Assembly: GCA_963782055.1 (NCBI GenBank)
Contig: CAWAIF010000003.1
Location: 4,608,001 to 4,672,000 of the forward strand
DNA length: 64,000 nt
Direction: 5' to 3'
From: an uncultured delta proteobacterium
Lineage (GTDB): Bacteria > Myxococcota_A > Polyangia > Polyangiales > Polyangiaceae
Part shown: in pieces, positions 49,301-60,014 of the stretch
How the letters are laid out: each line of letters starts with the position of its first letter
Numbering within the stretch: the stretch's first letter is position 1
Translations under genes and position numbers: made by a program
The notes under the pieces: model-generated
Told to the model about the DNA's origin: nothing
Database searches by the model: none
The model's input: the letters and a program-made list of their open reading frames with translations, nothing else

Positions 49301-52050
49301 TGCTGACGGAAGACGCGACGCACGTGCCGGCGCTGCGACTGCTGGAGAACGCCGCCCGCCGCACCGGGGAGCTCGCGTCGCTGGCGCGCGCCCTCTCCCG
49401 TCAGGGGGACGCCCTGCACGACGTGCGCGCGCGGCTCGGCGCGCTCTGGGGCCTGGCGGGGCTGGAGGAGTGGCGCCTCCCCGCGACGGACGCCACCCCC
49501 ACCTACACCCGCATCCTGGAGCTGGACGCGACGGACCCCGGCGCCCTGGAGGCCACGCTGCGGCGCGAGCTGCCCATGGCACGCAAGGGCGACGCGCGGG
49601 CGCGCAAGCACGTCATCGGCGCGCTGCGGTCGCTCTTCGCGCTCTCCTCCGACGACGGCACGCGCCTCTCGCTGCAGCTGCGCCTCGCCCTGGTGCTCGA
49701 GTCGGCGAGCGACGTGGCCAACGACGCCGGCGCGCCTGCGCTGCTGCGCGAGGCGCTCGAGCGCTACCGCGCGGCGCTTCACATCGACCCGCTCTCGGTG
49801 ACCGCCGCCACCGGGCTGGCGCGCCTCGCCACCCGGCTGCGCGACGCCGAGGGTGCCTTCGCCGCGGCGCTCTCGCTGGCGGACATCGCCGGGCAACCGG
49901 TGTCTCGCAGCCGCTACCTGCTGGAGGCGGGGGAGCTCTTGCTCGTCGCCAACGACGATCGCCTCGGCACCCCCACAGATCGTCGCGAGCGCGCCGGACA
50001 CCTCCTGGAGAAGGCGCTGGAGGCGGACCCGGACTCCATCGCCGCGGCCGGGCGCCTCTCGACGGTGTGGAGCGAGGACGGCCACGCCGAGCGCCTCGTG
50101 GACACCTTCCGCACCGCCATCCAGCGCGCCACCTCGGCCGACGCCGTCGTCATGCTCGGCTCGGAGATCGCTCGCGTCGCCCGCGACGAGCTCAAGGACC
50201 TGCCCACCGCCATCGAGGCCATGCGCCGCGTGCGGGAGGCAGCGCCGCAGCACATCCCCTCCCTGCTCACCCTCTCCGAGCTGTGCATCGCGCAGCGCGC
50301 GTGGCCGGAGGCGGTGGACGCGCTGGAGGCCGTCGTCACCACCAGCCGCGAGCCCGGCCCGCGGCTCACCGCTCTCTTCGCCCTGGCCAGCGTCTACGAG
50401 CGCGTGCTCGATCGCAAGGACGAGGCGGAGCGCGCCCTGCGCACCGCGCTGTCGATCGACCCGCACAACGCGCGGGCGCTGCGCGCGCTGCTGCGGCACA
50501 TCACCGCCCAGCGCGCCGTCGAGACGCGCGGCGAGCAGGCGGAGCTGCTCGAGCGCCTGGCGGAGGTGGAGAAGGAGCCGGAGCAGAAGTGCGAGCTGCT
50601 CGTCGAGCTCGCCTCGCTGCGCACCAAGATGGGCGAGACCACCGCGGCCGAGCGCGCCCTCATCGCGGCGGTGGCGCACTCGCCGGGCAACGCCAAGGTC
50701 TTCTCCCGCCTCGCGCAGTGCTTCAAGACGAAGGACGGCGCCACCGACCAGACCGCCTACGCCCGCGCGCTCGGGCAGGTGATCGCCCTCGGCCAGAGGC
50801 TGGGGCGCGTCGACGCCTCCTGGTTCGCCACGCTCGGGCAGATCGAGAGCGAGCACCTCGGGCGCGAGCGCGACGCCGTCGGCCACCTCGGCCAGGCGAT
50901 CGAGATCGACCCCGAGCTGCACGAGACGCGCTTCGAGCTCGCTCACGCCCTGGCCAAGGCCGGCGCCAACGAGGAGGCCGCCCGCACCCTGCTCGGGATG
51001 ATGTCGCCCGACCCGCGCCCGATGCTCGGCGTGGCCGACCCGGCGGCGGCGCTCGCCCTGCTGGAGCGCTCGCTCACCACCGAGCGGCGCACCGAGGAGG
51101 CGCTCGCGGTGAGCGAGCTGCGCGCCGTCGCCGGCGATCTGGACGATGGCCGCTACGCGTGGCTGCGCTCGCGCCGCCCCAAGCCGCTCGACGCGGCGAT
51201 GCCCACGCTCGACCGCCCCACCCTGGTGACGCACGTGCTCCCGCCGGAGGGGCGGCACGTGCTGCTGGAGGTCGCCGCCGCCGTCAGCGGCGTCGAGGCC
51301 AAGATGCTGCGCTCCGACATCTCGGAGATCGGCATCTCCTCGCGCGACCGGGTGAGCTCGCGCAGCGGTCACCCCACCCGCCTGCTCTGCGACCGCCTCG
51401 CCCGGATGCTGGGCGTCAGCGAGATCGAGCTGGTCATCACCCCGGCGGTGACGCGCACGCGCGTGATCACCCAGGACGACCCGTGGATCGTCGTGCCGCA
51501 GGCGCTGACCGAGCTGCCGGAGATGGCTCAGCTCGCCGCGATGGGGCGCGCCATGTCGCGCATCGCCTACGGCGTGCCCTGGCTGGAGGAGCTGCCGCCG
51601 CCGCACATCGAGGCGCTGCTCATCGCGGCGGCCCGGCAGGTCGTGCCCGGCTACGGCACCGACACCCTGGACGTGCTGAGCGAGAAGCTGGTCTCGCAGT
51701 ACGAGACCACCGTGGCGAAGGCGCTGGCGCGCCGCCACAAGAAGCTCCTGGAGGAGCTGGCGCCGCACATCGCCGCGCCCATCGGCCGGCCGATGCCCAT
51801 CGAGATCTTCGTCGGGGCGCTTGCCCGCGCGGAGCTGCGCGCCGCCTTCCTGCTCACCGGGGACCTGCTCTCCACCGTCGACGACGTGCGCGGTGCCGAT
51901 CCGGTGCTCCTGCGCGCCACCGAGCAGCCGGGGCGCGGCGCCCTCGCCGCGGTGCTGCAGCACCCGTACGCCGGCGACGTCGCCCGCTTCGCCGTGACGC
52001 CGGAGGCCGCCGCGCTCAAGCGGCGCCTCGGGACCGCCTGGGCCGTTTGA
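46380..52050 (+). CDS. Giant (~1,890 aa) TPR-repeat protein; +1 frameshift at ~49080
   Basis: Pro-rich N-terminus and many TPR-like helices (ALAVDP, LAIEP, LELDA, LSIDP); halves join as PEDDLIGDRL if one T is removed. Confidence 0.85.
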
Positions 52051-52126
52051 CCCTTCTCATCCGGCGCCGCTTCGAGTAGACCCCGGCCCTCGAGATGCGG
52101 GGGCGTCTCTGACTCGGAGTACCGCA

Positions 52127-53011
52127 GTGCGCAGTATGCTGTTCTTTCTGGGGGTGTTGTTCCTCGCCGCGTCGTGCCACATGGCGTCCGCCGCCGACGG
52201 CGACCTGGCGCCGCCGCTGACGCTGAACGCGGCGATGACCGACGCAGGGGCCGCGCGGGCCGCCGCGTCGCTGCAGCCGAGCGCGGGCATCACGGCCTCC
52301 GTCGCGGCGATGACCTCTCCCCCGGCGTCCACCGCCACCGTGGAGGCGGACGCCGTCGACGATGGCGCGTGCCCCGCGGGGATGGTGCTCGTCGAGGGCG
52401 ACTTCTGCCCCGACGTGCGGCAGCGGTGCCTGGAGTGGATGGACCCGCCCGGCCGCTACCACCACTTCCGCTGCAAGCGCTACGCGAAGCCGGCGGTCTG
52501 CGCGTCGAAGAAGCGCAAGCACCTGCGCTTCTGCATCGACGAGAAGGAGCGCACCGTCCCGGGCGGCGACCTCCCGCGCAACCACATGTCGTGGACCACC
52601 GCGACGAAGCTCTGCAAGGCCTCCGGCGCGCGCCTGTGCATGGCGCACGAGTGGGTGTTCGCGTGCGAGGGCGAGGAGATGCGCCCGTACCCGTACGGCT
52701 GGCAGCGCGACTCCAGCATCTGCAACGCCGACATCGATCACGGCCTGGGGCACATCGGTCGGCTGGTGGATCACCGTGCGCCGGCGAGCGCGCACCCGCA
52801 GTGCAAGAGCGCCTTCGGCATCCACGACATGGCGGGCAACGTCGACGAGTGGACCACCATCGCCGGCATGCCCCGCGGCAAGCGGGAGATCATGCACGGG
52901 TCGTGGTGGATGCCCGGGCGCAACGCCTGCCGCTCCTTCCAGGCGGGGCACGGGCCGCTCTACGCGGGCACCGAGACGGGCGCCCGCTGCTGCGCCGACC
53001 CGCTGAAGTGA
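52127..53011 (+). CDS. Secreted FGE-sulfatase (SUMF1)-domain Cys-rich protein
   Basis: CPAGMVLV, FCID, RLC..EWVFAC, PYPYG, DMAGNVDEW, GARCC. Confidence 0.88.
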   Translation: MRSMLFFLGVLFLAASCHMASAADGDLAPPLTLNAAMTDAGAARAAASLQPSAGITASVAAMTSPPASTATVEADAVDDGACPAGMVLVEGDFCPDVRQRCLEWMDPPGRYHHFRCKRYAKPAVCASKKRKHLRFCIDEKERTVPGGDLPRNHMSWTTATKLCKASGARLCMAHEWVFACEGEEMRPYPYGWQRDSSICNADIDHGLGHIGRLVDHRAPASAHPQCKSAFGIHDMAGNVDEWTTIAGMPRGKREIMHGSWWMPGRNACRSFQAGHGPLYAGTETGARCCADPLK

Positions 53012-53033
53012 CGGGGCGCGGCGCGGTCCGCGG

Positions 53034-54803
53034 TCACTCGTACATCGCCTCGATCTCGGCGTGGTACTTCTCGCCGATCACCTTGCGACGCAGCTTGAGC
53101 GTGGGCGTGAGCTCGCCGCCGTCCACCGTCATCTCCGCGGGGAGGATGGTGTAGCGCTTGATCGTCTGCACGCGCGCGAGCCGTCCGTTGATCTCCTCCA
53201 CCTGCCTGTCCAGGTGAGCCTTGAACGTGGCGCAGGTCGCCGCCTCGGCCACGGTCCGCGCGGGGCTGCCGGCGAGCCGCGCCTCCTCCTCGACGCGCTC
53301 GGGGTCGAGGGAGAGCAGCGCGCTGAGGTACTTGCGCCTGTCACCGATCACCACGGCCTGCCCCACCACCGGGATCGCCTTGAGGTGGCCCTCCACGAGC
53401 TGCGGCGCGACGTTCTCGCCGCCCGCCGTGATGATGAGCTCCTTCTTGCGGTCGGTGATGTGGAGGTAGCCGTCGCCGTCGATCTCCCCGATGTCGCCGG
53501 TGTGGAGCCAGCCATCCGGGTCGACCGTCGCGCGGGTGGCCTCCTCCTCCTTCAGGTAGCCGGCGAAGACGTGGTCACCCTGGAGCAGGATCTCCCCGTC
53601 CTCGGCGATCTTCACCTTCGTGCCGGGCACCGGGAGGCCGACGGCGCCGGTCTTGTAGTGCGTGGGCGTGGAGAAGGTCGCCGGCCCTGTGCACTCGCTC
53701 ATGCCGTAGAGCTCGTAGATGGAGATGCCCAGGCTCAAGAAGAAGTCCAGCGTGTCCTTCGAGATGGGCGCCGCCCCGGTGAGCGCGAAGCGGCACCGGT
53801 CCAGCCCGAGGCGCTCGCGCAGCTTGGAGAAGACCACGCGCTCGGCCAGCGGATACAGCAGCGGCCGCGGGCGGCCCTGCTGCTCGGCGTAGCCCCCGCG
53901 CAGGCCGACGTCGCGCGCCCAGGCCGCGACCTTGCGGCGCAGCGGAGGGGCGGCGGCGAGCCCCGCCTGCAGCTTCGCCTGGATCTTCTCCCAGACGCGC
54001 GGCACCCCGAGGAAGTACGTCGGGCGCACGGCGACGAGCGCGTCGAGCAGCTTGTCCATGCTCTCGGCGAAGGAGACCGGGTAGCCCACGTACATCGGCG
54101 CGTGGATGGTGAGCATCTGCTCGGCGATGTGCGAGAGCGGCAGGTAGCTGACGCCCGCCTCGCCGATGCCGAGGTCCAGGTGGTCGATCACCGTCTCGGC
54201 GGTCCAGGTCAGGTTGTGGTGGGTGAGCAGCACGCCCTTCGGGTTGCCGGTCGTCCCGGAGGTGTAGATGAGGGTGCACGGGTCGGAGGGACGCTGGGCG
54301 CGCACGCGCTCCTCGATCACCGCCTCGCGCACGTGCTTGCCCGCCGCGAGGAAGTCGCGCCAGCTCATGACGAAGGAGTCGGCGACCGTCTCGCCGCTCC
54401 ACTGCACCACCCGCTGCAGGTTGGGCATGAGGCCGCGGGCCTCCAGGAACTTCTGGGCGTGGCGCGCGTCCTCGGCGAAGGCCACGCGCGCGTCGCAGTG
54501 GGCGGTCACGTAGGCGACCTGCTCGGGGCTGCTCGTGGTGTAGATGCCCGCCGGGATCGCGCCGGCGTGGATGGCGCCCACGTCGGCGAAGACCCACTCC
54601 GGTGAGTTGTAGCCGATGATGGCGACGCCCTCGCCCGGCTGCACGCCGAGCGCGACGAGCGACCGGGCCACGTCCATCACCCGCGCGCGATACTCCGCCC
54701 ACGTCGTCTCTTCCCACGAGCCTCCGCGCCGCTCGCGCAGCGCCGGCAGGGCGGCGTAGCGGCGCGTGGTCGCGTCCAGGGTCTCCATCACGGTACGAGC
54801 CAT
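53034..54803 (-). CDS. Long-chain fatty acid--CoA ligase
   Basis: IYTSGTTGNPKGV, YLPLSH, YGMSE, WLHTGDIG, TDRKKELI, LTPTLK. Confidence 0.93.
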   Translation of the reverse strand: MARTVMETLDATTRRYAALPALRERRGGSWEETTWAEYRARVMDVARSLVALGVQPGEGVAIIGYNSPEWVFADVGAIHAGAIPAGIYTTSSPEQVAYVTAHCDARVAFAEDARHAQKFLEARGLMPNLQRVVQWSGETVADSFVMSWRDFLAAGKHVREAVIEERVRAQRPSDPCTLIYTSGTTGNPKGVLLTHHNLTWTAETVIDHLDLGIGEAGVSYLPLSHIAEQMLTIHAPMYVGYPVSFAESMDKLLDALVAVRPTYFLGVPRVWEKIQAKLQAGLAAAPPLRRKVAAWARDVGLRGGYAEQQGRPRPLLYPLAERVVFSKLRERLGLDRCRFALTGAAPISKDTLDFFLSLGISIYELYGMSECTGPATFSTPTHYKTGAVGLPVPGTKVKIAEDGEILLQGDHVFAGYLKEEEATRATVDPDGWLHTGDIGEIDGDGYLHITDRKKELIITAGGENVAPQLVEGHLKAIPVVGQAVVIGDRRKYLSALLSLDPERVEEEARLAGSPARTVAEAATCATFKAHLDRQVEEINGRLARVQTIKRYTILPAEMTVDGGELTPTLKLRRKVIGEKYHAEIEAMYE

Positions 54804-54817
54804 GGGTCGTAGTCCTA

Positions 54818-56653
54818 TCACCCGCCGGGGGACCCCGACGCGGCCTTTGCGAGCTTGACGCGCACCAGCTCCAGCGGCTCGGCTACCCCCTTGACGCTGG
54901 CGGAGAAGGGCTCGCCGACCACGACGCGCGGGTCGTCCCCCAGGAGCGCGGCCGCCCGCTTCTGGATGATCAGCTCCCCGCTCTCGGCGAGGTGCTGCAG
55001 ACGCGAGGCCACGTTCACCGTCTGGCCGAAGTAGTCGAGCGCGGCGTTGGCGGTGACGACGTAGCAGGCCCCCGCGAAGACCCCCAGCTTGATGTGGGTG
55101 CGCGCGCCGTGCTCCTTCTCCGCGCGGAACGTCTCGAAGCGCTCCAGGCACTCCAGCGCGGCCAGGATGCACGCCTTCTCGTCGACGAAGGACGCCATGA
55201 CCGCGTCGCCCATCGTCTTGACCACGACCCCCTCGTGCGCGGCGATGGCCGCGCGCATCACGTCGAAGTGGTCGTCGACGAGCCGGAACGCCGCCGCGTC
55301 GCCCACCGCGCTGTAGAGGGCGGTGGAGCCGGTGAGGTCGGAGAAGAAGATGGCCACGCGCGCCACCTTGAGCGGCGTCTCGCGCTTGAGCAGGTCGCCG
55401 GAGAAGACCGAGCGGAACTCGGGCAGGGTGGAGACCTCGTGCGCCGTCGCCGCCGCGCTCGCGTAGCCGAGGCGCTCCAGCTTGACGTGGCGCGCCCCGG
55501 ACGCCGCGTTCTCGACGCGCACGTCCCCGCCGGGACGCACGCGCAGGTCGGCGGGCTCCACCTTGTCGTCGGAGAGGTGCACGCGCGCCTCCGCCGGCGC
55601 CTCCGGGTCCACCTCCAGCGAGGCGCGGGCCCCGCCGCGGGAGAAGATGCGGTAGCGCCCCGCCTCGCCGGGCGCCGCGAGCGTGCGCTCCTGCCCGTGC
55701 TCCAGGTTGAGCTGGCTGAGGACGTGCGGCGTGCGGGCCGGACCGCCCGCGCAGAACATCATGTCGGGCACGCGGCGCACCGCGGGGTGGGGGTGGAAGG
55801 TGGCCTCCACGGCGCGGTCCAGGTCCAGCTCGAAGGCGATGTCGCACATCTGGCAGTGGCCGCTCAGGGAGATCTCGGAGAGGCTCGCCACCTCCTGGCT
55901 GGCGGTGCGGCAGCTCGGGCAGACGATCGCCCAGCGCAGCTCCACCAGACCGGACGCCACCGCGTGGAGGAAGGCGGCGAGCACCTCCCGCCGGGGCAGC
56001 CCCCACTCGTCGGCGATCTCGAAGGGGCGGATGCGGATGGCGTCGGCGTCGGCGCAGTCGCGCACGTGGGCGGCGAGCCGCTCGGCCAGCTCCTGGCGGA
56101 CGCCGCGCTCGACGACGCGGGCGCGGGCGCGCGCGAGCGCGTCGGGATCGCTCGGGGCCACGGGCTTCGCGAAGGGGTCCTCGGTGTGGTCGCGGATGTG
56201 CGCGTCGATGCGCTCGCCGAGGCCCAGCATGTCGCGCACCGCCTTGCGCCCGCCCATCCACGCGAAGGGCCGGAGCAGCACGCTCCTGGCCTCTGCCTCG
56301 AAGGTCACCGTGAGCTCGGTGCCGCCCTCGTGGCCCCCCCGCTCCGCGCTCATGGGATCGAGCCGCCAGCGCATGCGCAGGTACGCCAGGGGCCCCTGCA
56401 AGAAGCGTCGGTAGACGCCGAACTCGCGCTCGAAGGACCACTCGTAGGGGTACTCCTCGTAGACGACGTGGAAGCCGCCGAGGCGGGTCTCCCCGAGGAA
56501 GCGCGCGGCGCCCTCCAATCCCTCCAGCGGCCGGTAGCTCACCGGCTCCATGCCGATGAGCCGGTTCATGCGATCGGTGTCGACGATGAGCGGCCAGACG
56601 TCCTTCGGGGCGGAGGCGAGCTGGACCGAGTGGGAGACCTTGATCGCGCTCAT
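54818..56653 (-). CDS. Class III adenylate cyclase with N-terminal SRPBCC-like and DUF5939-like domains
   Basis: WPLIVDTDRMN; CPSC..CQMC; FFSDLTGST, VKTMGDAVMA, DYFGQTVNVASRL. Confidence 0.9.
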   Translation of the reverse strand: MSAIKVSHSVQLASAPKDVWPLIVDTDRMNRLIGMEPVSYRPLEGLEGAARFLGETRLGGFHVVYEEYPYEWSFEREFGVYRRFLQGPLAYLRMRWRLDPMSAERGGHEGGTELTVTFEAEARSVLLRPFAWMGGRKAVRDMLGLGERIDAHIRDHTEDPFAKPVAPSDPDALARARARVVERGVRQELAERLAAHVRDCADADAIRIRPFEIADEWGLPRREVLAAFLHAVASGLVELRWAIVCPSCRTASQEVASLSEISLSGHCQMCDIAFELDLDRAVEATFHPHPAVRRVPDMMFCAGGPARTPHVLSQLNLEHGQERTLAAPGEAGRYRIFSRGGARASLEVDPEAPAEARVHLSDDKVEPADLRVRPGGDVRVENAASGARHVKLERLGYASAAATAHEVSTLPEFRSVFSGDLLKRETPLKVARVAIFFSDLTGSTALYSAVGDAAAFRLVDDHFDVMRAAIAAHEGVVVKTMGDAVMASFVDEKACILAALECLERFETFRAEKEHGARTHIKLGVFAGACYVVTANAALDYFGQTVNVASRLQHLAESGELIIQKRAAALLGDDPRVVVGEPFSASVKGVAEPLELVRVKLAKAASGSPGG

Positions 56654-56745
56654 CGAGGCACCGAGTCTACTGCGCGCGGCCGCGTTCGTCCCCCCGACTC
56701 CACTCGCGCGCGGGACCGGCCCGGCAGTGTGATACGACGAGCCGG

Positions 56746-58029
56746 ATGATGGCGCCCGGCCCCGAGACGAAGCCGCACAGGCGGTGGCCGCGGGTCGTGC
56801 TCGCCGTGGGCGCGGTGCTCATCCTCGTCGCCATCGGCCTGGTCCTCTGGCTTCCCGGCTTCGTGAAGCGGCGCGTGATCGCCGAGGCCGCGGCGCACGG
56901 CGTGGTCCTCACCATCGACAACGCGGCGATCGGCATCGGCCGCGCGCGCTTCTTCGGCGTGACGGCGAAGCTGGCGGCGGTGCCGCAGATCACCGGCCAC
57001 GCCTCGCAGGTGGAGATCGGGCTGGACTGGCTCACGCCGAGCACCATCGACGCGAAGGACGCCTCGATCGACCTGGACGGCTCCGCCGCCGAGGTGATCA
57101 CCTCCTTCGACCGCTGGAGCCCCTCGCTCGCGGCGTCGCCCAGCCCGATCCAGCGCATCACGCTGGCCGGGGCGCGCATCCAGTGGAAGCACCTGGCCGG
57201 CGAGCGCCCGGTGCTCGACGCGACCGGCGTCTCGTGCGAGGCGAAGCAGGCCGCCGGCGGGTGGGGCGTGAAGCTGACGACGGAGAGCCTGGGCGTCACC
57301 ATCGGCTCGCAGAAGCTCGGTCCGTGGTCGCTGGACGCGACCGCCAGCGCGACGAAGGCGGACGTCCACCTCGCCCTCGCCCCCGGCAAGAGCCCGGCGG
57401 GCGTGGCGCTGGCGTGGGCCGCGGCGCAGGGCTCGACGCTGGACGTCAACGTGCCGAAGGGCACCTCCGCCGACGTGGGCATCCCCGCCGCCGTGCTGGG
57501 CATGGTGGGCGACGAGTCCTCCACGTTCGCGCTCGAGCTCCATCACACGCAGAAGGGCGCCGCCGGGCAGGGCGCCATCGCGATCGCGGCCGACCGCGTC
57601 TACCTGGGTCACTCCCCCGCCCCGACCTCCCTGCAGCTCGACGCCACCTACCAGGGCGCGCCGGCGAAGCTGGTCCTGCAGACGGGCAGCCTGCGCGCCG
57701 GCCCCTTCACCGGCGCGCTCAAGGGGAGCGTCGCGCTGCCCGGCATCGGCGGCGTGCCCGGTCCTCTCGGCATGGTCGCCGACCTGCATTACACCTCGGG
57801 TCTCATGTCGTGCTCCGACGCGGCGAAGGCGGCGACCGTCCAGAACCTGGGCGGCGACGTGGGCAAGGGCGTCAACGCGCTGGCCCACATGCTGGGCATG
57901 GACAAGGTGGTCCAGGGCTCGGTGCAGCTCGAGGCGACGATCGCCTTCGACACGCGGGCGCTGCCGAAGGCGACGGTGCAGTTCCGGACGAAGGGGGACT
58001 GCGCGCTGACGTATCTGCCCTCGCCGTGA
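56746..58029 (+). CDS. Membrane-anchored beta-rich hypothetical protein (AsmA-like)
   Basis: Single N-terminal TM helix followed by beta-strand-rich sequence. Confidence 0.65.
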   Translation: MMAPGPETKPHRRWPRVVLAVGAVLILVAIGLVLWLPGFVKRRVIAEAAAHGVVLTIDNAAIGIGRARFFGVTAKLAAVPQITGHASQVEIGLDWLTPSTIDAKDASIDLDGSAAEVITSFDRWSPSLAASPSPIQRITLAGARIQWKHLAGERPVLDATGVSCEAKQAAGGWGVKLTTESLGVTIGSQKLGPWSLDATASATKADVHLALAPGKSPAGVALAWAAAQGSTLDVNVPKGTSADVGIPAAVLGMVGDESSTFALELHHTQKGAAGQGAIAIAADRVYLGHSPAPTSLQLDATYQGAPAKLVLQTGSLRAGPFTGALKGSVALPGIGGVPGPLGMVADLHYTSGLMSCSDAAKAATVQNLGGDVGKGVNALAHMLGMDKVVQGSVQLEATIAFDTRALPKATVQFRTKGDCALTYLPSP

Positions 58030-58051
58030 GGGCTGTGCTACACCCCGGGCC

Positions 58052-58261
58052 ATGCGAGGATTCCTTCAGCCCGCCAAGCGCGTCACCCCCACCGAGGCGC
58101 AGGCTCGCTTCGCCTCCCTCTCCCGCGGCCGCCGCTCCAAGCTCGCGCGCGCCGCGAACACGACGCTCGTCAAGGCCGACCAGTGGGCCCGGGCCGATGG
58201 CGTGCCCAAGGGCGTCGGCGAGGCGCTGCAGAGCGCGCTCGGCTCGCTGAAGAAGAAGTAG
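58052..58261 (+). CDS. Small basic protein, possible Cro-like HTH
   Basis: 69 aa, host codon use, TGC-TACACC-N7-ATG upstream, RSKLARAANTTLVKADQWAR. Confidence 0.6.
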   Translation: MRGFLQPAKRVTPTEAQARFASLSRGRRSKLARAANTTLVKADQWARADGVPKGVGEALQSALGSLKKK

Positions 58262-58275
58262 TCGCGCGCGGAGCC

Positions 58276-59013
<738 letters not shown>

Positions 59014-59022
59014 GCTCTTTAG

Positions 59023-59048
59023 GACGGCCCAGACGCGAGGAAGTTTCC
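59023..59048 (-). promoter_or_regulatory. Candidate ECF promoter of copy A
   Basis: GGAAAC-N16-CGTC-N9-ATG. Confidence 0.65.
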
Positions 59049-59127
59049 CGCGATGGCCTGATTCGACAATCCGCGGGCGCCCACGGCTCGTCTTGCGTGC
59101 GGCGTGGCGGCGTTGCGCGGGCCCCCG

Positions 59128-59724
59128 TCATGTTTGCGGCGCAACGAGCGCGTAGGCGCGATCAAGCTCGCGCAGGCCCTCCGCGCGACGGGCCTGCGCC
59201 CGGCGGGCACGGTCGTCGTCCCGTGAAACCCAGAACCCGTACTCGGCACGCCGGTCGAGCGTCGCCTCGTCGCCGAATCCGAGCCGGATGCGCATGCAGA
59301 GCGCCTCGAGGTGTCTGCGCGCGCTGGCGCACCGCCGCGGGTCGGGCCAGCGCCGCTCGCCCGGCGCAAGCGCGCCGTCCAGCGCGTGCCCCACGTGCCC
59401 CACGAGCACGAGCCCGTAGTACGCCCGCCGGATCCGCCGACGCCCCTCGGGCGTGAGCGCGACGACGACCTCGCGCCCGTCACGCCGCCGGGTGACGAGC
59501 CCGATCTTCTCGAGTGACCGCATCATCTCGCTGATGGTGGCCCGCGCCACGCCGAGCCCGCGCCGCAGGTCGCTCTGGAAGTGCGCGCACCCCGTCCCGA
59601 GCCGGTAGAGCGCATCGAGCACGTCGAACCGCGCTGCCGTCAGCCCCATCGCCCGGAGCGCCCGCCGCGTCAGCCGCAGCGTCGCGTAATACGCCCGCTT
59701 GATCGTGAAGAACACCGGATCCAT
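59128..59724 (-). CDS. MarR family winged-helix regulator
   Basis: GLTAARFDVL..QSDLRRGLGVARATISEMMRSLEKIGLVTR..DGR..LTPEG. Confidence 0.85.
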   Translation of the reverse strand: MDPVFFTIKRAYYATLRLTRRALRAMGLTAARFDVLDALYRLGTGCAHFQSDLRRGLGVARATISEMMRSLEKIGLVTRRRDGREVVVALTPEGRRRIRRAYYGLVLVGHVGHALDGALAPGERRWPDPRRCASARRHLEALCMRIRLGFGDEATLDRRAEYGFWVSRDDDRARRAQARRAEGLRELDRAYALVAPQT

Positions 59725-59782
59725 CCCCGCCCCCCAAGCACCCCCCATGCCACCCCCCCCTCCCCACGGATTCCCGCGGAAA

Positions 59783-59814
59783 CGTCGGAGTGCAAGGACC
59801 CTTGCACTCCGACG
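59783..59814. repeat. Perfect 15-bp inverted repeat
   Basis: CGTCGGAGTGCAAGG-AC-CCTTGCACTCCGACG. Confidence 0.9.
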
Positions 59815-59979
59815 GTTGGTGTCCGGGGACGGAAAGGGGGACAGGGGGGACAGGGGGACGGGCGGGGGCTTTTGCGGGGGACGTCCATCCAGCGGGACGC
59901 CCACACAAGCGGACGCTCCGGCGTGTTGGGCGTCGCGTCGAGAGGCCGCGCGCCTGGGGCGAGGAACCGGCGCGTGCGA

Positions 59980-60005
59980 CAAAACTTCGGCCCCGCTCGA
60001 TCGTC
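59980..60005 (+). promoter_or_regulatory. Candidate ECF promoter of copy B
   Basis: CAAAAC-N16-CGTC-N9-ATG. Confidence 0.65.
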
Positions 60006-60014
60006 CAACCCCCC

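Noticed and set aside
52127..53011. FGE-sulfatase (C-type lectin fold) gene as a diversity-generating retroelement target
   Set aside because: No reverse transcriptase and no template repeat with adenine-specific mismatches seen in the window
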